Assembly: GCA_902540805.1 (NCBI GenBank)
Contig: CACBON010000002.1
Coordinates: 27,322 to 91,321 of the forward strand
Source: an uncultured Alphaproteobacteria bacterium
GTDB taxonomy: Bacteria; Pseudomonadota; Alphaproteobacteria; Methylaequorales; Methylaequoraceae
Reading direction: 5' to 3'
Length of the DNA: 64,000 bases
Shown here: positions 7,816 through 16,056 of the stretch, piece after piece
Numbering within the stretch: the first letter of the stretch is position 1
Layout: every line of letters starts with the position of its first letter
The notes under the pieces: generated by a model
Seen by the model: the letters and a program-made list of their open reading frames with translations, nothing else
What the model was told of the DNA's origin: nothing
The model's database searches: none
Translations under genes and position numbers: made by a program

Positions 7816-9195
7816 ATGGAAAATTTATCTAAAAAATTTTCTATGAATGTGCTTAAATTTAACATTCTGAAAAATCTAAAATCAAGTACAAGATTTGGCG
7901 AAACTAGTATCTTTTCCAAAAACTTAACTGTATTTTCAAAAAACCTTAGACTCATTCTCAAAGAAAGAAGATTTCTTTATTTTACAAAAAAAGGCCCCAT
8001 AGAAGTTGTATTCAACATTAAACATTATCTGTCAGCTATTGCAATTTTTCTGGTTTTAATCTTCAAAGTATTTCAACTTTTATTCTTTGGTGTTTCGTCT
8101 TTTTTTTCTTATATGATTTACAAAAATACAGTTATAAATGAGCAGAGCTTTACAGAATCCGAAATTAAAACGTTAAAAAGTATTGCAAAAGGTAAAAATA
8201 TATCGGAGCAAGAAATTAATTCTGAAAAAGCAGAAATAGTAATAAAACAAAAAGATGAATTTAACAACACAAATAATTATCAAAATGAATTACAAGATCA
8301 ATTAAGAGAAAAATTATTAAATTTAAAAAGTATGATGCGAAATATAAAGCTTAGCCTCCCAAATGACTTGAATTATTCAGATGAAATTAAATTTGAGCAA
8401 TTTTCTAAAATTGCGAGTCCTGAAATGGTTGCAATAGAACACGCCTTCGAAAACAAGTTTGATTTAACAAAACCATCAAAAGACCAAAAGGAATCATTTT
8501 CATATAAGAAACTGCCTGTTATACCGTTTGTTGCACCAAGAACAAAAAAACTGAAAATAATTAATTTTACTAAGAAAATTGATATTGAAATTTTACAACT
8601 TTTAAGTGTTTTTGAACAATTAAAACTTCAACCAGATAAACTTGATATTCATAGGATAAACGCCTTGCTTTCTGAAAATATAAATGTAAGTGAAGATAAC
8701 GAGGATTTGTTGGATCATACTTCGCTAAGGTTTCAAATCTTGCAAGATCTTAAAGATGCAATTATTTATGTGCCTTTAAAACCACCTATGCAATATTACT
8801 ATGTCTCTAGTCCCTACGGTGTCAGAGTTCATCCTAAAAGCAAAAGAAAACAAATGCATCATGGAATTGATATGGCTGGTACTTGGCAAGAAGAGGTTAG
8901 GGCACCTGCTGATGGATATGTTTCTTTTTCAGGAAGAAATGGGTCTTTTGGTAAAACAATCAAAATAATACATAAACATGGTGTGTCAACATTGTATGGA
9001 CATCTTCATCGATTGAATGTGAAAAAAGGAAAGAATGTTACAGAGGGCGAAGTAATTGGAAAAATGGGATCAACAGGAAGAGCTGTAGGTGCGCATCTTC
9101 ATTATGAAATAAAAGTCAATGGTAAATCAGTAAATCCATATGATTTTATTTCAGTGGGACGTGATCTGCTAAGCAGTTCAATAATTAAAAAATAA
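7816..9195 (+). CDS. Membrane-anchored M23 peptidoglycan endopeptidase (LmdC-like architecture)
   Basis: VSSPYGVR, HHGID (HxxxD) and HLHYEI (HxH) LytM motifs; N-terminal ERRFLYF segment plus TM helix and helical region. Exact start uncertain. Confidence 0.85.
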   Translation: MENLSKKFSMNVLKFNILKNLKSSTRFGETSIFSKNLTVFSKNLRLILKERRFLYFTKKGPIEVVFNIKHYLSAIAIFLVLIFKVFQLLFFGVSSFFSYMIYKNTVINEQSFTESEIKTLKSIAKGKNISEQEINSEKAEIVIKQKDEFNNTNNYQNELQDQLREKLLNLKSMMRNIKLSLPNDLNYSDEIKFEQFSKIASPEMVAIEHAFENKFDLTKPSKDQKESFSYKKLPVIPFVAPRTKKLKIINFTKKIDIEILQLLSVFEQLKLQPDKLDIHRINALLSENINVSEDNEDLLDHTSLRFQILQDLKDAIIYVPLKPPMQYYYVSSPYGVRVHPKSKRKQMHHGIDMAGTWQEEVRAPADGYVSFSGRNGSFGKTIKIIHKHGVSTLYGHLHRLNVKKGKNVTEGEVIGKMGSTGRAVGAHLHYEIKVNGKSVNPYDFISVGRDLLSSSIIKK

Positions 9196-9204
9196 AGTAA
9201 AGTT

Positions 9205-9220
9205 TGGCACTTAAATTGCT
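9205..9220 (+). promoter_or_regulatory. Sigma-54 promoter of the lytic transglycosylase gene
   Basis: TGGCACTTAAATTGCT, a consensus match. Confidence 0.85.
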
Positions 9221-9231
9221 GAATAAAATGC

Positions 9232-9834
9232 ATGAGATTATTTTTGGCCGTTTTATTATGCTTTTTAATATTTACATTTCTTGAATCAAAAGAATTAGAT
9301 AATTGTAACTATTTAACTGAAAAGTACGGAAAAATTTATAATCTTCCCAATAAATTATTAACTTCTATCGCACTTGTAGAATCTGGGATCAAAAAGAACG
9401 AATTTAAATCATGGCCATGGACACTAAATGTTTCTGGAAAATCAATGTATTTTGATAATAAATTAGAAACCTTAGAATATTTAAAAAGTAATATAAGATT
9501 AAAAAAAAGTATCGACGTCGGTTGCATGCAAATTAATACAAGATACCACTTGAAAAATTTTAAAGATTTGTCTCATTTAGTCGAGCCCGAAGAAAATGTT
9601 AAGTATGCTGCAATTTATCTTCGTAAACTTTATAATAAACATAAATCGTGGAACGAAGCGGTTTCAAGATATCATTCATCAATTCCAAAACGAAAGAAAA
9701 ATTATCTTAAAAAAGTTCATACATATTGGAATGATTTAAGACAACAGAAAATAGTTATTAATAATTATACCAGCCATGATGAAGCAGAAAAAATAAAATT
9801 TTTTAGAGAAATACTAAATAAAGAAAATATTTAA
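9232..9834 (+). CDS. Exported lytic transglycosylase (SLT domain, SltF-like)
   Basis: Signal peptide; ALVESG catalytic Glu, WPWTLNV, SIDVGCMQIN, NVKYAAIYL, AVSRYHS. Confidence 0.9.
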   Translation: MRLFLAVLLCFLIFTFLESKELDNCNYLTEKYGKIYNLPNKLLTSIALVESGIKKNEFKSWPWTLNVSGKSMYFDNKLETLEYLKSNIRLKKSIDVGCMQINTRYHLKNFKDLSHLVEPEENVKYAAIYLRKLYNKHKSWNEAVSRYHSSIPKRKKNYLKKVHTYWNDLRQQKIVINNYTSHDEAEKIKFFREILNKENI

Positions 9835-9839
9835 GATTT

Positions 9840-9855
9840 TGGCAAAGTATTTGCA
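9840..9855 (+). promoter_or_regulatory. Sigma-54 promoter of a small ORF
   Basis: TGGCAAAGTATTTGCA. Confidence 0.75.
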
Positions 9856-9880
9856 GACATATTGTATGAAAGGAAAAATA

Positions 9881-10051
9881 ATGAATAAATACATAAGATC
9901 ACGAGAAATTAAAGATAATATTATTAATTCTAATCCAGTTATTAAAATTACTCATTTTGACAATAATAAATGTGTTAAAACTGATGTTTACCCAATTTCA
10001 CATTTCTTGGATAAAACTTCTAGAGAAATAAAAGCTCTAGTATATTCCTAA
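9881..10051 (+). CDS. Small hypothetical protein (56 aa)
   Basis: AAAGGA RBS before ATG 9881, downstream of a sigma-54 promoter. The track's TTG 9839 lies inside the promoter. Confidence 0.55.
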   Translation: MNKYIRSREIKDNIINSNPVIKITHFDNNKCVKTDVYPISHFLDKTSREIKALVYS

Positions 10052-10148
10052 GAAAAGGTATTGGCATTTTTCAAAACATATTTTTAAATATATACGAGAT
10101 TAAATCTTAAATAAAATTAGATAATTTATAAATTCATTAAAATCCAAA

Positions 10149-11609
10149 CTACATATTCATACTTTGAATTTTCATAATTTTTCTTCTAACTGAGGAGGCT
10201 GGTATATTGAGTAACTCCCTGTATTTTGCTACTGTTCTTCTAGCTAAATCAATTCCTTCATCTTGGAGTTTTTCTACTAACATTTCGTCACTCAATGGAC
10301 TGTGTACTGGTTCACTACTAATTAATTTTTTTAGAGATTCTCTTACTGATTCTGCTGAATGAGTTTCACCTTTCTTAGTACTACTTATAGAGGCACTAAA
10401 AAATAGTTTCATTTCAAAAACACCTCTTGGTGTTAGCATCAATTTATCTGATGTAACTCTACTGACTGTGCTTTCATGCATATTTATTTTTTTTGCTACA
10501 TCCTTAAGAACCATTGGTTTAAGATACTTTTTTCCCTTTTCAAAAAATTCCTTTTGTTGGTTAACAATTTCTGAGCTTATTTTCAGTGTTGTTACATTTC
10601 TTTGTTGAATTGCTTTGAGTAACCATCTTGCAGAATTTAAAGATTCATTAATAAACTTTTTATCTGATTCTCCACACTGAAGTCTCTCTATTTCTTTCAC
10701 GTAATCTTCGTTAATATTAATTTTTGGAAGTGTGCTATGATTTAATTCCACAGCCCAGTCAGAATTATTTTTTGTTACAATTACATCTGGATGAAAAATA
10801 TTGTCATTATCTATAGAATACTTACTCCCAGGTTTTGGGTTTAGAGCTCTTATAAGCCTTATTTCTTCTTTCAGTTTTTCCTCTGTTAATCCTGTAAGTT
10901 TTTGGAGACCTTTAATATTTCCACTTCCAAGTAGTTCAATATTATCAATAAGAATCTCTTTTTTTGAATCACAGTTGTTTTCGTTTATAAGTTGAATTTT
11001 TAGGCACTCTTTCAAATTTCTAGCAAATACACCATTAGGCTCAAAAGATTGCATTCTTTCTAGAACTTTTTCAATTTTATTTAATTTAAATCCACTAAAC
11101 TCTTCGATAGTTTCCAATTTTTCTGTAATCCAACCATTTTCATCAATGTAATCAATTAATATTTTTGCAATATTCTTATCTTCATCATCCTCAAATTCAA
11201 GATCTGCTTGATTATTCAAAATGGATTTTAAAGAAACTTTGTTGCTAAGTGTTTGTTCAATTACACTTCCAACGTCAACACTTTCCGTTGATGAATGCCT
11301 ACTGTTAAATTCAAAAGTCGCATCGCAATCCCACCTATTTTCAAAATCATTATTATGGGGTTCATCTGCAATAGATTCGCCATTTTTGAAAGATTCGTCT
11401 AATTCATCAGTTTTTTCTATGTCTTGATTTTCTTTATTATCTAGTTCTTCGCTCTCATTTTCCAAAAATGGATTCTCTTCCATCTCTTTATTCACTAAAT
11501 TTGTTAATTCTAAATTATTTAGCTGAAGCAATTTAATTGCTTGTTGTAACTGAGGAGTCATAACTAAAGATTGACTCTGTTTTAATTTAAGATTCTGTGA
11601 AATTTGCAT
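10149..11609 (-). CDS. rpoN: RNA polymerase sigma-54 factor
   Basis: MTPQLQQAIKLLQL, NPFLE, HESTVSR and RpoN box ARRTVAKYR. Confidence 0.97.
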   Translation of the reverse strand: MQISQNLKLKQSQSLVMTPQLQQAIKLLQLNNLELTNLVNKEMEENPFLENESEELDNKENQDIEKTDELDESFKNGESIADEPHNNDFENRWDCDATFEFNSRHSSTESVDVGSVIEQTLSNKVSLKSILNNQADLEFEDDEDKNIAKILIDYIDENGWITEKLETIEEFSGFKLNKIEKVLERMQSFEPNGVFARNLKECLKIQLINENNCDSKKEILIDNIELLGSGNIKGLQKLTGLTEEKLKEEIRLIRALNPKPGSKYSIDNDNIFHPDVIVTKNNSDWAVELNHSTLPKININEDYVKEIERLQCGESDKKFINESLNSARWLLKAIQQRNVTTLKISSEIVNQQKEFFEKGKKYLKPMVLKDVAKKINMHESTVSRVTSDKLMLTPRGVFEMKLFFSASISSTKKGETHSAESVRESLKKLISSEPVHSPLSDEMLVEKLQDEGIDLARRTVAKYRELLNIPASSVRRKIMKIQSMNM

Positions 11610-11684
11610 AATTCTTTTCCTTTCGTTATTATTTCACAATTTTTTTGTTAGAAATGCAAAACTTTAATTTGACACTTCAACTAA

Positions 11685-11698
11685 GTCAGATACTTGAC
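11685..11698. promoter_or_regulatory. FleQ-like inverted repeat GTCA-N6-TGAC upstream of rpoN
   Basis: GTCAGATACTTGAC; overlaps TTGACA elements that could instead be sigma-70 -35 boxes. Confidence 0.4.
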
Positions 11699-11750
11699 AC
11701 CCTTGACTTATTAAAAAAACAATTAACAAATTTCTCTTTTATGTTGATAT

Positions 11751-12377
11751 ATGCTGGCTAATTTGAGTAAATATTCTATTATTACCCTAATGATAAAAGT
11801 TTTACCATTGTTGCTTATTCCAACGCTTTTTTTAGTATTTTTTTTGAATGTTGAAAATCTGACAGTTAAATTAGATAGTAAATTCAAATTTGAACAAATT
11901 TCTAAAACTAACGAAAATGAAGGTTTTCAGATTAAAAAAGATGAAGAAAAAACAATTTCAAATGAAAATCTAGATAAAAACAATGAAACAGAATTAGATA
12001 ATTCTTCAAAAGATTCTGGACCTATATTGTTAAAAGGGAACGAATCTAAATCAAAAACGGATTTAAATGATACCAAGAATAATCAGACAACTAATAAAAT
12101 TCCAGAAATTAAATCTAAACCCACGGTGATAGTTAGTGATAGTTTTTTAAAAATTCAATTTGGTGCTTTTTCGAAATTAAAGAATGCTGAAATACAAAAA
12201 CTAAAAATTCTTAAATTAATGTCCCAGAAGTTTCCAGATTTTGAGAAAAACTTTAGAATTTTGGAAGAAAATAATTTGTTCAAACTTATTTATAAAGCTG
12301 AGAATTCCTCAAGTGGTGAATTAATATGTAATTATTCAAAATCTATAAGAATTAACTGTTTAATTTTAAAAAGATGA
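11751..12377 (+). CDS. Membrane-anchored SPOR-domain-like protein
   Basis: N-terminal TM helix, polar linker, C-terminal IQFGAFSKLKNAE and terminal C..C pair typical of alphaproteobacterial SPOR domains. Confidence 0.65.
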   Translation: MLANLSKYSIITLMIKVLPLLLIPTLFLVFFLNVENLTVKLDSKFKFEQISKTNENEGFQIKKDEEKTISNENLDKNNETELDNSSKDSGPILLKGNESKSKTDLNDTKNNQTTNKIPEIKSKPTVIVSDSFLKIQFGAFSKLKNAEIQKLKILKLMSQKFPDFEKNFRILEENNLFKLIYKAENSSSGELICNYSKSIRINCLILKR

Positions 12378-12574
12378 AAAATTGTAGAATATGTTCTTTC
12401 ATAAGATATTTTTTAGGTTTTGTTCTGTTATTGATTATTATTTCGCTGACTTTTAAAGACAATCTAGGTTATCTTTCGTTTGTAACACCATGGAATGCAG
12501 CAATATTAATATTTGGTGTGGGTTGTTGTCTATTTTTATTTAAATTAATTGAGTATTTAAATCAGAAAGATTAA
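12374..12574 (+). CDS. Small two-TM hypothetical protein
   Basis: ATGA overlap with the upstream gene; CxxC at the N-terminus; two hydrophobic segments. Confidence 0.6.
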   Translation: MKNCRICSFIRYFLGFVLLLIIISLTFKDNLGYLSFVTPWNAAILIFGVGCCLFLFKLIEYLNQKD

Positions 12575-13047
12575 CGATCTTTTACAAATCTTACAAATAA
12601 TTCTTTCTCAGGTACAAACCTTCCATAAGAATGCCCCGTAAAGAAGTTTACTGACCAAAAAAACTTAGGTGACCACCAATTTCTTTGAGAAGTCCAGAAA
12701 GGTTCAGCCGGTGTATTAGGAAAAAAAGTTTTATTTATCTTTGCTCCCTCGCATTTTTTACAAATTAAACTTTCAAGCTCTTTTCTAGAGGGCAATCTCC
12801 ATTCACCTTCAATTTGTTCATTAAGTAAATTATTAGCCTCTTCTGCAGATTTTAAATCCAATTTAACTGCAGTTCCAAGACATTCTTGTTTGTTGTCGCT
12901 CCATTGTTGACCTGTTGTACATTTTAACCATTCAAGTTTATTTTTTAAATCTATAACGTAATATCCTTTGTCTATGAAGTTAGATGCAAAGACATTATTA
13001 CTAAAAAATAATAGGAAAAAACATATAAAAAGTTGCTTTTTAATCAT
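12571..13047 (-). CDS. Exported DUF1566 (Lcl C-terminal) domain protein
   Basis: Signal peptide; DxxxxLEWxKC..GQ.W, WRLPSRKELESL, FFPNTP..FWTS, WSVNF..G. Confidence 0.8.
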   Translation of the reverse strand: MIKKQLFICFFLLFFSNNVFASNFIDKGYYVIDLKNKLEWLKCTTGQQWSDNKQECLGTAVKLDLKSAEEANNLLNEQIEGEWRLPSRKELESLICKKCEGAKINKTFFPNTPAEPFWTSQRNWWSPKFFWSVNFFTGHSYGRFVPEKELFVRFVKDR

Positions 13048-13096
13048 ATCTGTATATTACAATAAATATGTAAATTTATAAAAATATTTTCTATTT

Positions 13097-13112
13097 TGGT
13101 ATTAAAGTTGCA
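13097..13112 (+). promoter_or_regulatory. Sigma-54 promoter of motAB
   Basis: TGGTATTAAAGTTGCA (GG-N10-GC). Confidence 0.7.
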
Positions 13113-13162
13113 GAATCCATACCAAAATATTAATTGTATATTAAATGAAAATGGAAAAATAA

Positions 13163-13936
13163 ATGGATTTAGCTACAATAATTGGTTTTCTTGGTACAAT
13201 TGGCATGATTGCTGGCGCAATGATTTCAGCTGGAGGCTTGGGGTCATACATTGATGTCCCTTCAATTTTAATAGTTTTTGGTGGTTCTTTTTTTGCTGTA
13301 ATGTATACGGCACCCTTACCAGTTTATCTTGGTTCTTTCGGAGCTTTTGGTAAAGCTTTTAAACCACCTGTAAAAAAAATGGACGAACTTATTGAAAGAA
13401 TAGTAGAGCTAGCAGGTATTGCAAGAAAAGATGGAATGATGGCATTAGAAGGGCAAGAAACCCCAGATCCATTTTTTGACAACGGTCTTCAAATGCTAGT
13501 AGACGGAGCAGATGAATCAAAACTTACCGTACAATTAAAAAAAGAACTAAAGGCAATGCAAGGTCGACATGAAAAAAATATTGGGTGTGCCCAATCTTGG
13601 GTAGATATAGCACCTGCAATGGGAATGATTGGAACTTTGGTTGGATTGGTTGCGATGCTTGGTAATATGGCAGATCCTAAAGCAATAGGTCCTGCAATGG
13701 CCGTTGCTCTTTTGACTACACTTTACGGGGCTATGATAGCAAATACTATTTTTATGCCGATAGTAATAAAATTAAAAGGCTACTCAGCCTACGAAACAAC
13801 CTACAGAGAAATGATCATTACAGGTTTACAATTTATTTCCAGAGGAGAGAGTCCAAGAAATATTCAGGATCAACTTGTTGCGAATCTTCCACCTAAAGAA
13901 AAGCAAAAACTCCTGGAAGCTGCAGCTGGAGGTTAA
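13163..13936 (+). CDS. motA: Flagellar stator protein MotA/PomA
   Basis: MDLATIIG, ARKDGMMALE, APAMGMIGTLVGLVAML, IGPAMAVALLTTLYGA. Confidence 0.95.
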   Translation: MDLATIIGFLGTIGMIAGAMISAGGLGSYIDVPSILIVFGGSFFAVMYTAPLPVYLGSFGAFGKAFKPPVKKMDELIERIVELAGIARKDGMMALEGQETPDPFFDNGLQMLVDGADESKLTVQLKKELKAMQGRHEKNIGCAQSWVDIAPAMGMIGTLVGLVAMLGNMADPKAIGPAMAVALLTTLYGAMIANTIFMPIVIKLKGYSAYETTYREMIITGLQFISRGESPRNIQDQLVANLPPKEKQKLLEAAAGG

Positions 13937-13946
13937 TGTTTGAATC

Positions 13947-15131
13947 ATGGCTGAGGAAAAAACCGAAAATCAACAGACATCTAATGAAGAAGAGGAGCAT
14001 GAATGTCCTGAATGCCCTCCAAAAGGAGCACCTGCTTGGATGGCAACTTTTGCCGACATGGCAACACTGTTGATGGCTTTTTTTGTTTTAATCCTATCTT
14101 TCGCAGAATTTAACGTCCCAAAATTTAAACAAATAAGTGGAAGTATGAAGAATGCTTTTGGAATACAAAGAGTTATTCCAGTTGTTGAACCACCTAAAGG
14201 AACAACAATATTATCTTTAAACTTCAGTCCGAACCCGACTCCAGCAGTTCAAGAAAATTTAAAACAACAAACAACAGAGACTGATCAACCTAAAGTAGAA
14301 CTTCAAACTAAGAACGAAGATAATACTAAGGATGATGGTGAAACTGAGGACGCGAAAGAACTTGCCAAAAATATTCAGGAAGCTATTGCAAGAGGTGATA
14401 TAACCGTCGAAGCATTAGGGAGTAAAGTTGTTGTTAACTTTACACCAACAGAAGCTGACGAGAAAGAACTACCGCAACTACTTCAAGAGACTTTAAATGC
14501 TGTGGAATCTGTAAAGGCTGCATCAGGAAAATCAGATTCTGAAATTTTAATTGGTGGCTTAGAAAAACAACTCGCTGATCTTGCAACAGCATCTTCTCAA
14601 AAAGGTAAAAATGAGGCTGAAGGAGAAGATGGAGAAAGTGTAGGTCAATCTGAACAAAGCCAATCAGCTAAAGAGGAGGCTAAAAAAGCAGAGTTGGCTG
14701 AGGACAAATTAAAAATTGCACTTAAACAAGAAATTGGGGAAGGTCTTGTAAATGTTGATAGAGAGGACGACAAAGTGATAATAACTGTTGGGTCTGCTGG
14801 TGCGTTCAAGTCAGGATCTGCTGAACTTACCAACAAGGCAAGACAGATAATGTCTAAAATAGCAGAACAAAATAAAAAAGGTAGAAGTGAGATATTAGTT
14901 ATGGGTCATACGGACAATGTGCCACTTACATTTGGGTCAAATTATAGAGACAATTGGGATCTCGCAGCAGCAAGATCTGCCTCAGTGGTACAACAATTAT
15001 CAAGAAATGATACTCTCGACCCAAAAAGAATGAAGGCGATTAGTTACGGAGAGACAAGACCAGTAGAGTCAAATGATACCTCTCAGGGAAGAGCCAAAAA
15101 TAGAAGAATCGAAATTGAGATAAATTATTAA
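13947..15131 (+). CDS. motB: Flagellar stator protein MotB/PomB
   Basis: APAWMATFADMATLLMAFFVL; OmpA-like GHTDN, NWDLAAAR, RAKNRRIEI. Confidence 0.95.
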   Translation: MAEEKTENQQTSNEEEEHECPECPPKGAPAWMATFADMATLLMAFFVLILSFAEFNVPKFKQISGSMKNAFGIQRVIPVVEPPKGTTILSLNFSPNPTPAVQENLKQQTTETDQPKVELQTKNEDNTKDDGETEDAKELAKNIQEAIARGDITVEALGSKVVVNFTPTEADEKELPQLLQETLNAVESVKAASGKSDSEILIGGLEKQLADLATASSQKGKNEAEGEDGESVGQSEQSQSAKEEAKKAELAEDKLKIALKQEIGEGLVNVDREDDKVIITVGSAGAFKSGSAELTNKARQIMSKIAEQNKKGRSEILVMGHTDNVPLTFGSNYRDNWDLAAARSASVVQQLSRNDTLDPKRMKAISYGETRPVESNDTSQGRAKNRRIEIEINY

Positions 15132-15132
15132 G

Positions 15133-16056
15133 ATGAAAATAGAAAATAGTCCATTTCATATTTCTAAAAATAAGGTTTCCCCTGTAAAAGAAAATAAAGG
15201 GCCTAAAAATCAACAACTATTCAATGATAAGAAGGTTAATAAACCCGAAAAAGACGATTTTTCTTTTTGGGATTGGTTTAGAGGGTTGGTCAACCCTTTC
15301 CAAAATCTTCCAATTATAAGTGGAATTTATTCAAGCATTAATTCTGATGATAGTAAATCCGATAGAGACTTAATTCAAAATAGTCTTGGTGGTTTTATGT
15401 ACGGTGGTCCTATTGGCGCGATTGCAGGTTTTGGGAATTGGGTTTTTAATAAAATATTTGACAAAACGCCGTCAGAACTAGCGCTTGATGTTTCAGGAAT
15501 AAGCAATCTTTGGAAAGACAATAAGAACAAAGAGAGTCAGATTGCAGAAAATAATAAAATAGATGATGACAAAAATTCTTCTGTGGTTTTTTCTAATAAA
15601 AATACTTACGGAGAATGGTGGAAAGGCAACCAAAAATCTAGTACTAAAAATTATGTAGCATCTGGCAAAAATAATTTTGAAAAAACTAACCTCCCCAACT
15701 TCAAAAATGTAGGTATCGAAAATAAAAATAATGCTATCGAAAGAAATATTAATAAATATTCGACCAAACCAGTTGTTTTGGAAAATAAACAAAATATTAC
15801 TTTGGCTTTTGATGGAAAGTCTGAGTTAGTAAAAATAAATAATCAAATCTCTGGGTCGATAGATAACAAAAATGAAAATAAAAAGTCCAAAAAAGAAAAA
15901 TTTGGAGAAATCAATTTTAACTATCCGAATTGGAGTCCCAGATCTTTTGAAGTTGACAAAAATAAAAATGAATTGAAAAGCAAAGACTTAATTAATAAGA
16001 AATATATGGATCTTAAAAATGGAAATATTGGAGCAAACTTAAATTTGAAACTTTAA
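15133..16056 (+). CDS. Hypothetical protein with NPxQxxPxxxxIY / GGPIG motif
   Basis: LVNPFQNLPIISGIYSSI...GGFMYGGPIGAIAG followed by a low-complexity N/K-rich tail; 1 bp after motB. Confidence 0.65.
   Translation: MKIENSPFHISKNKVSPVKENKGPKNQQLFNDKKVNKPEKDDFSFWDWFRGLVNPFQNLPIISGIYSSINSDDSKSDRDLIQNSLGGFMYGGPIGAIAGFGNWVFNKIFDKTPSELALDVSGISNLWKDNKNKESQIAENNKIDDDKNSSVVFSNKNTYGEWWKGNQKSSTKNYVASGKNNFEKTNLPNFKNVGIENKNNAIERNINKYSTKPVVLENKQNITLAFDGKSELVKINNQISGSIDNKNENKKSKKEKFGEINFNYPNWSPRSFEVDKNKNELKSKDLINKKYMDLKNGNIGANLNLKL

Noticed and set aside
10062-10077. TGGCAT element after the small ORF as a ninth sigma-54 promoter
   Set aside because: No GC at -12 (reads TGGCATTTTTCAAAAC) and no downstream gene on that strand.
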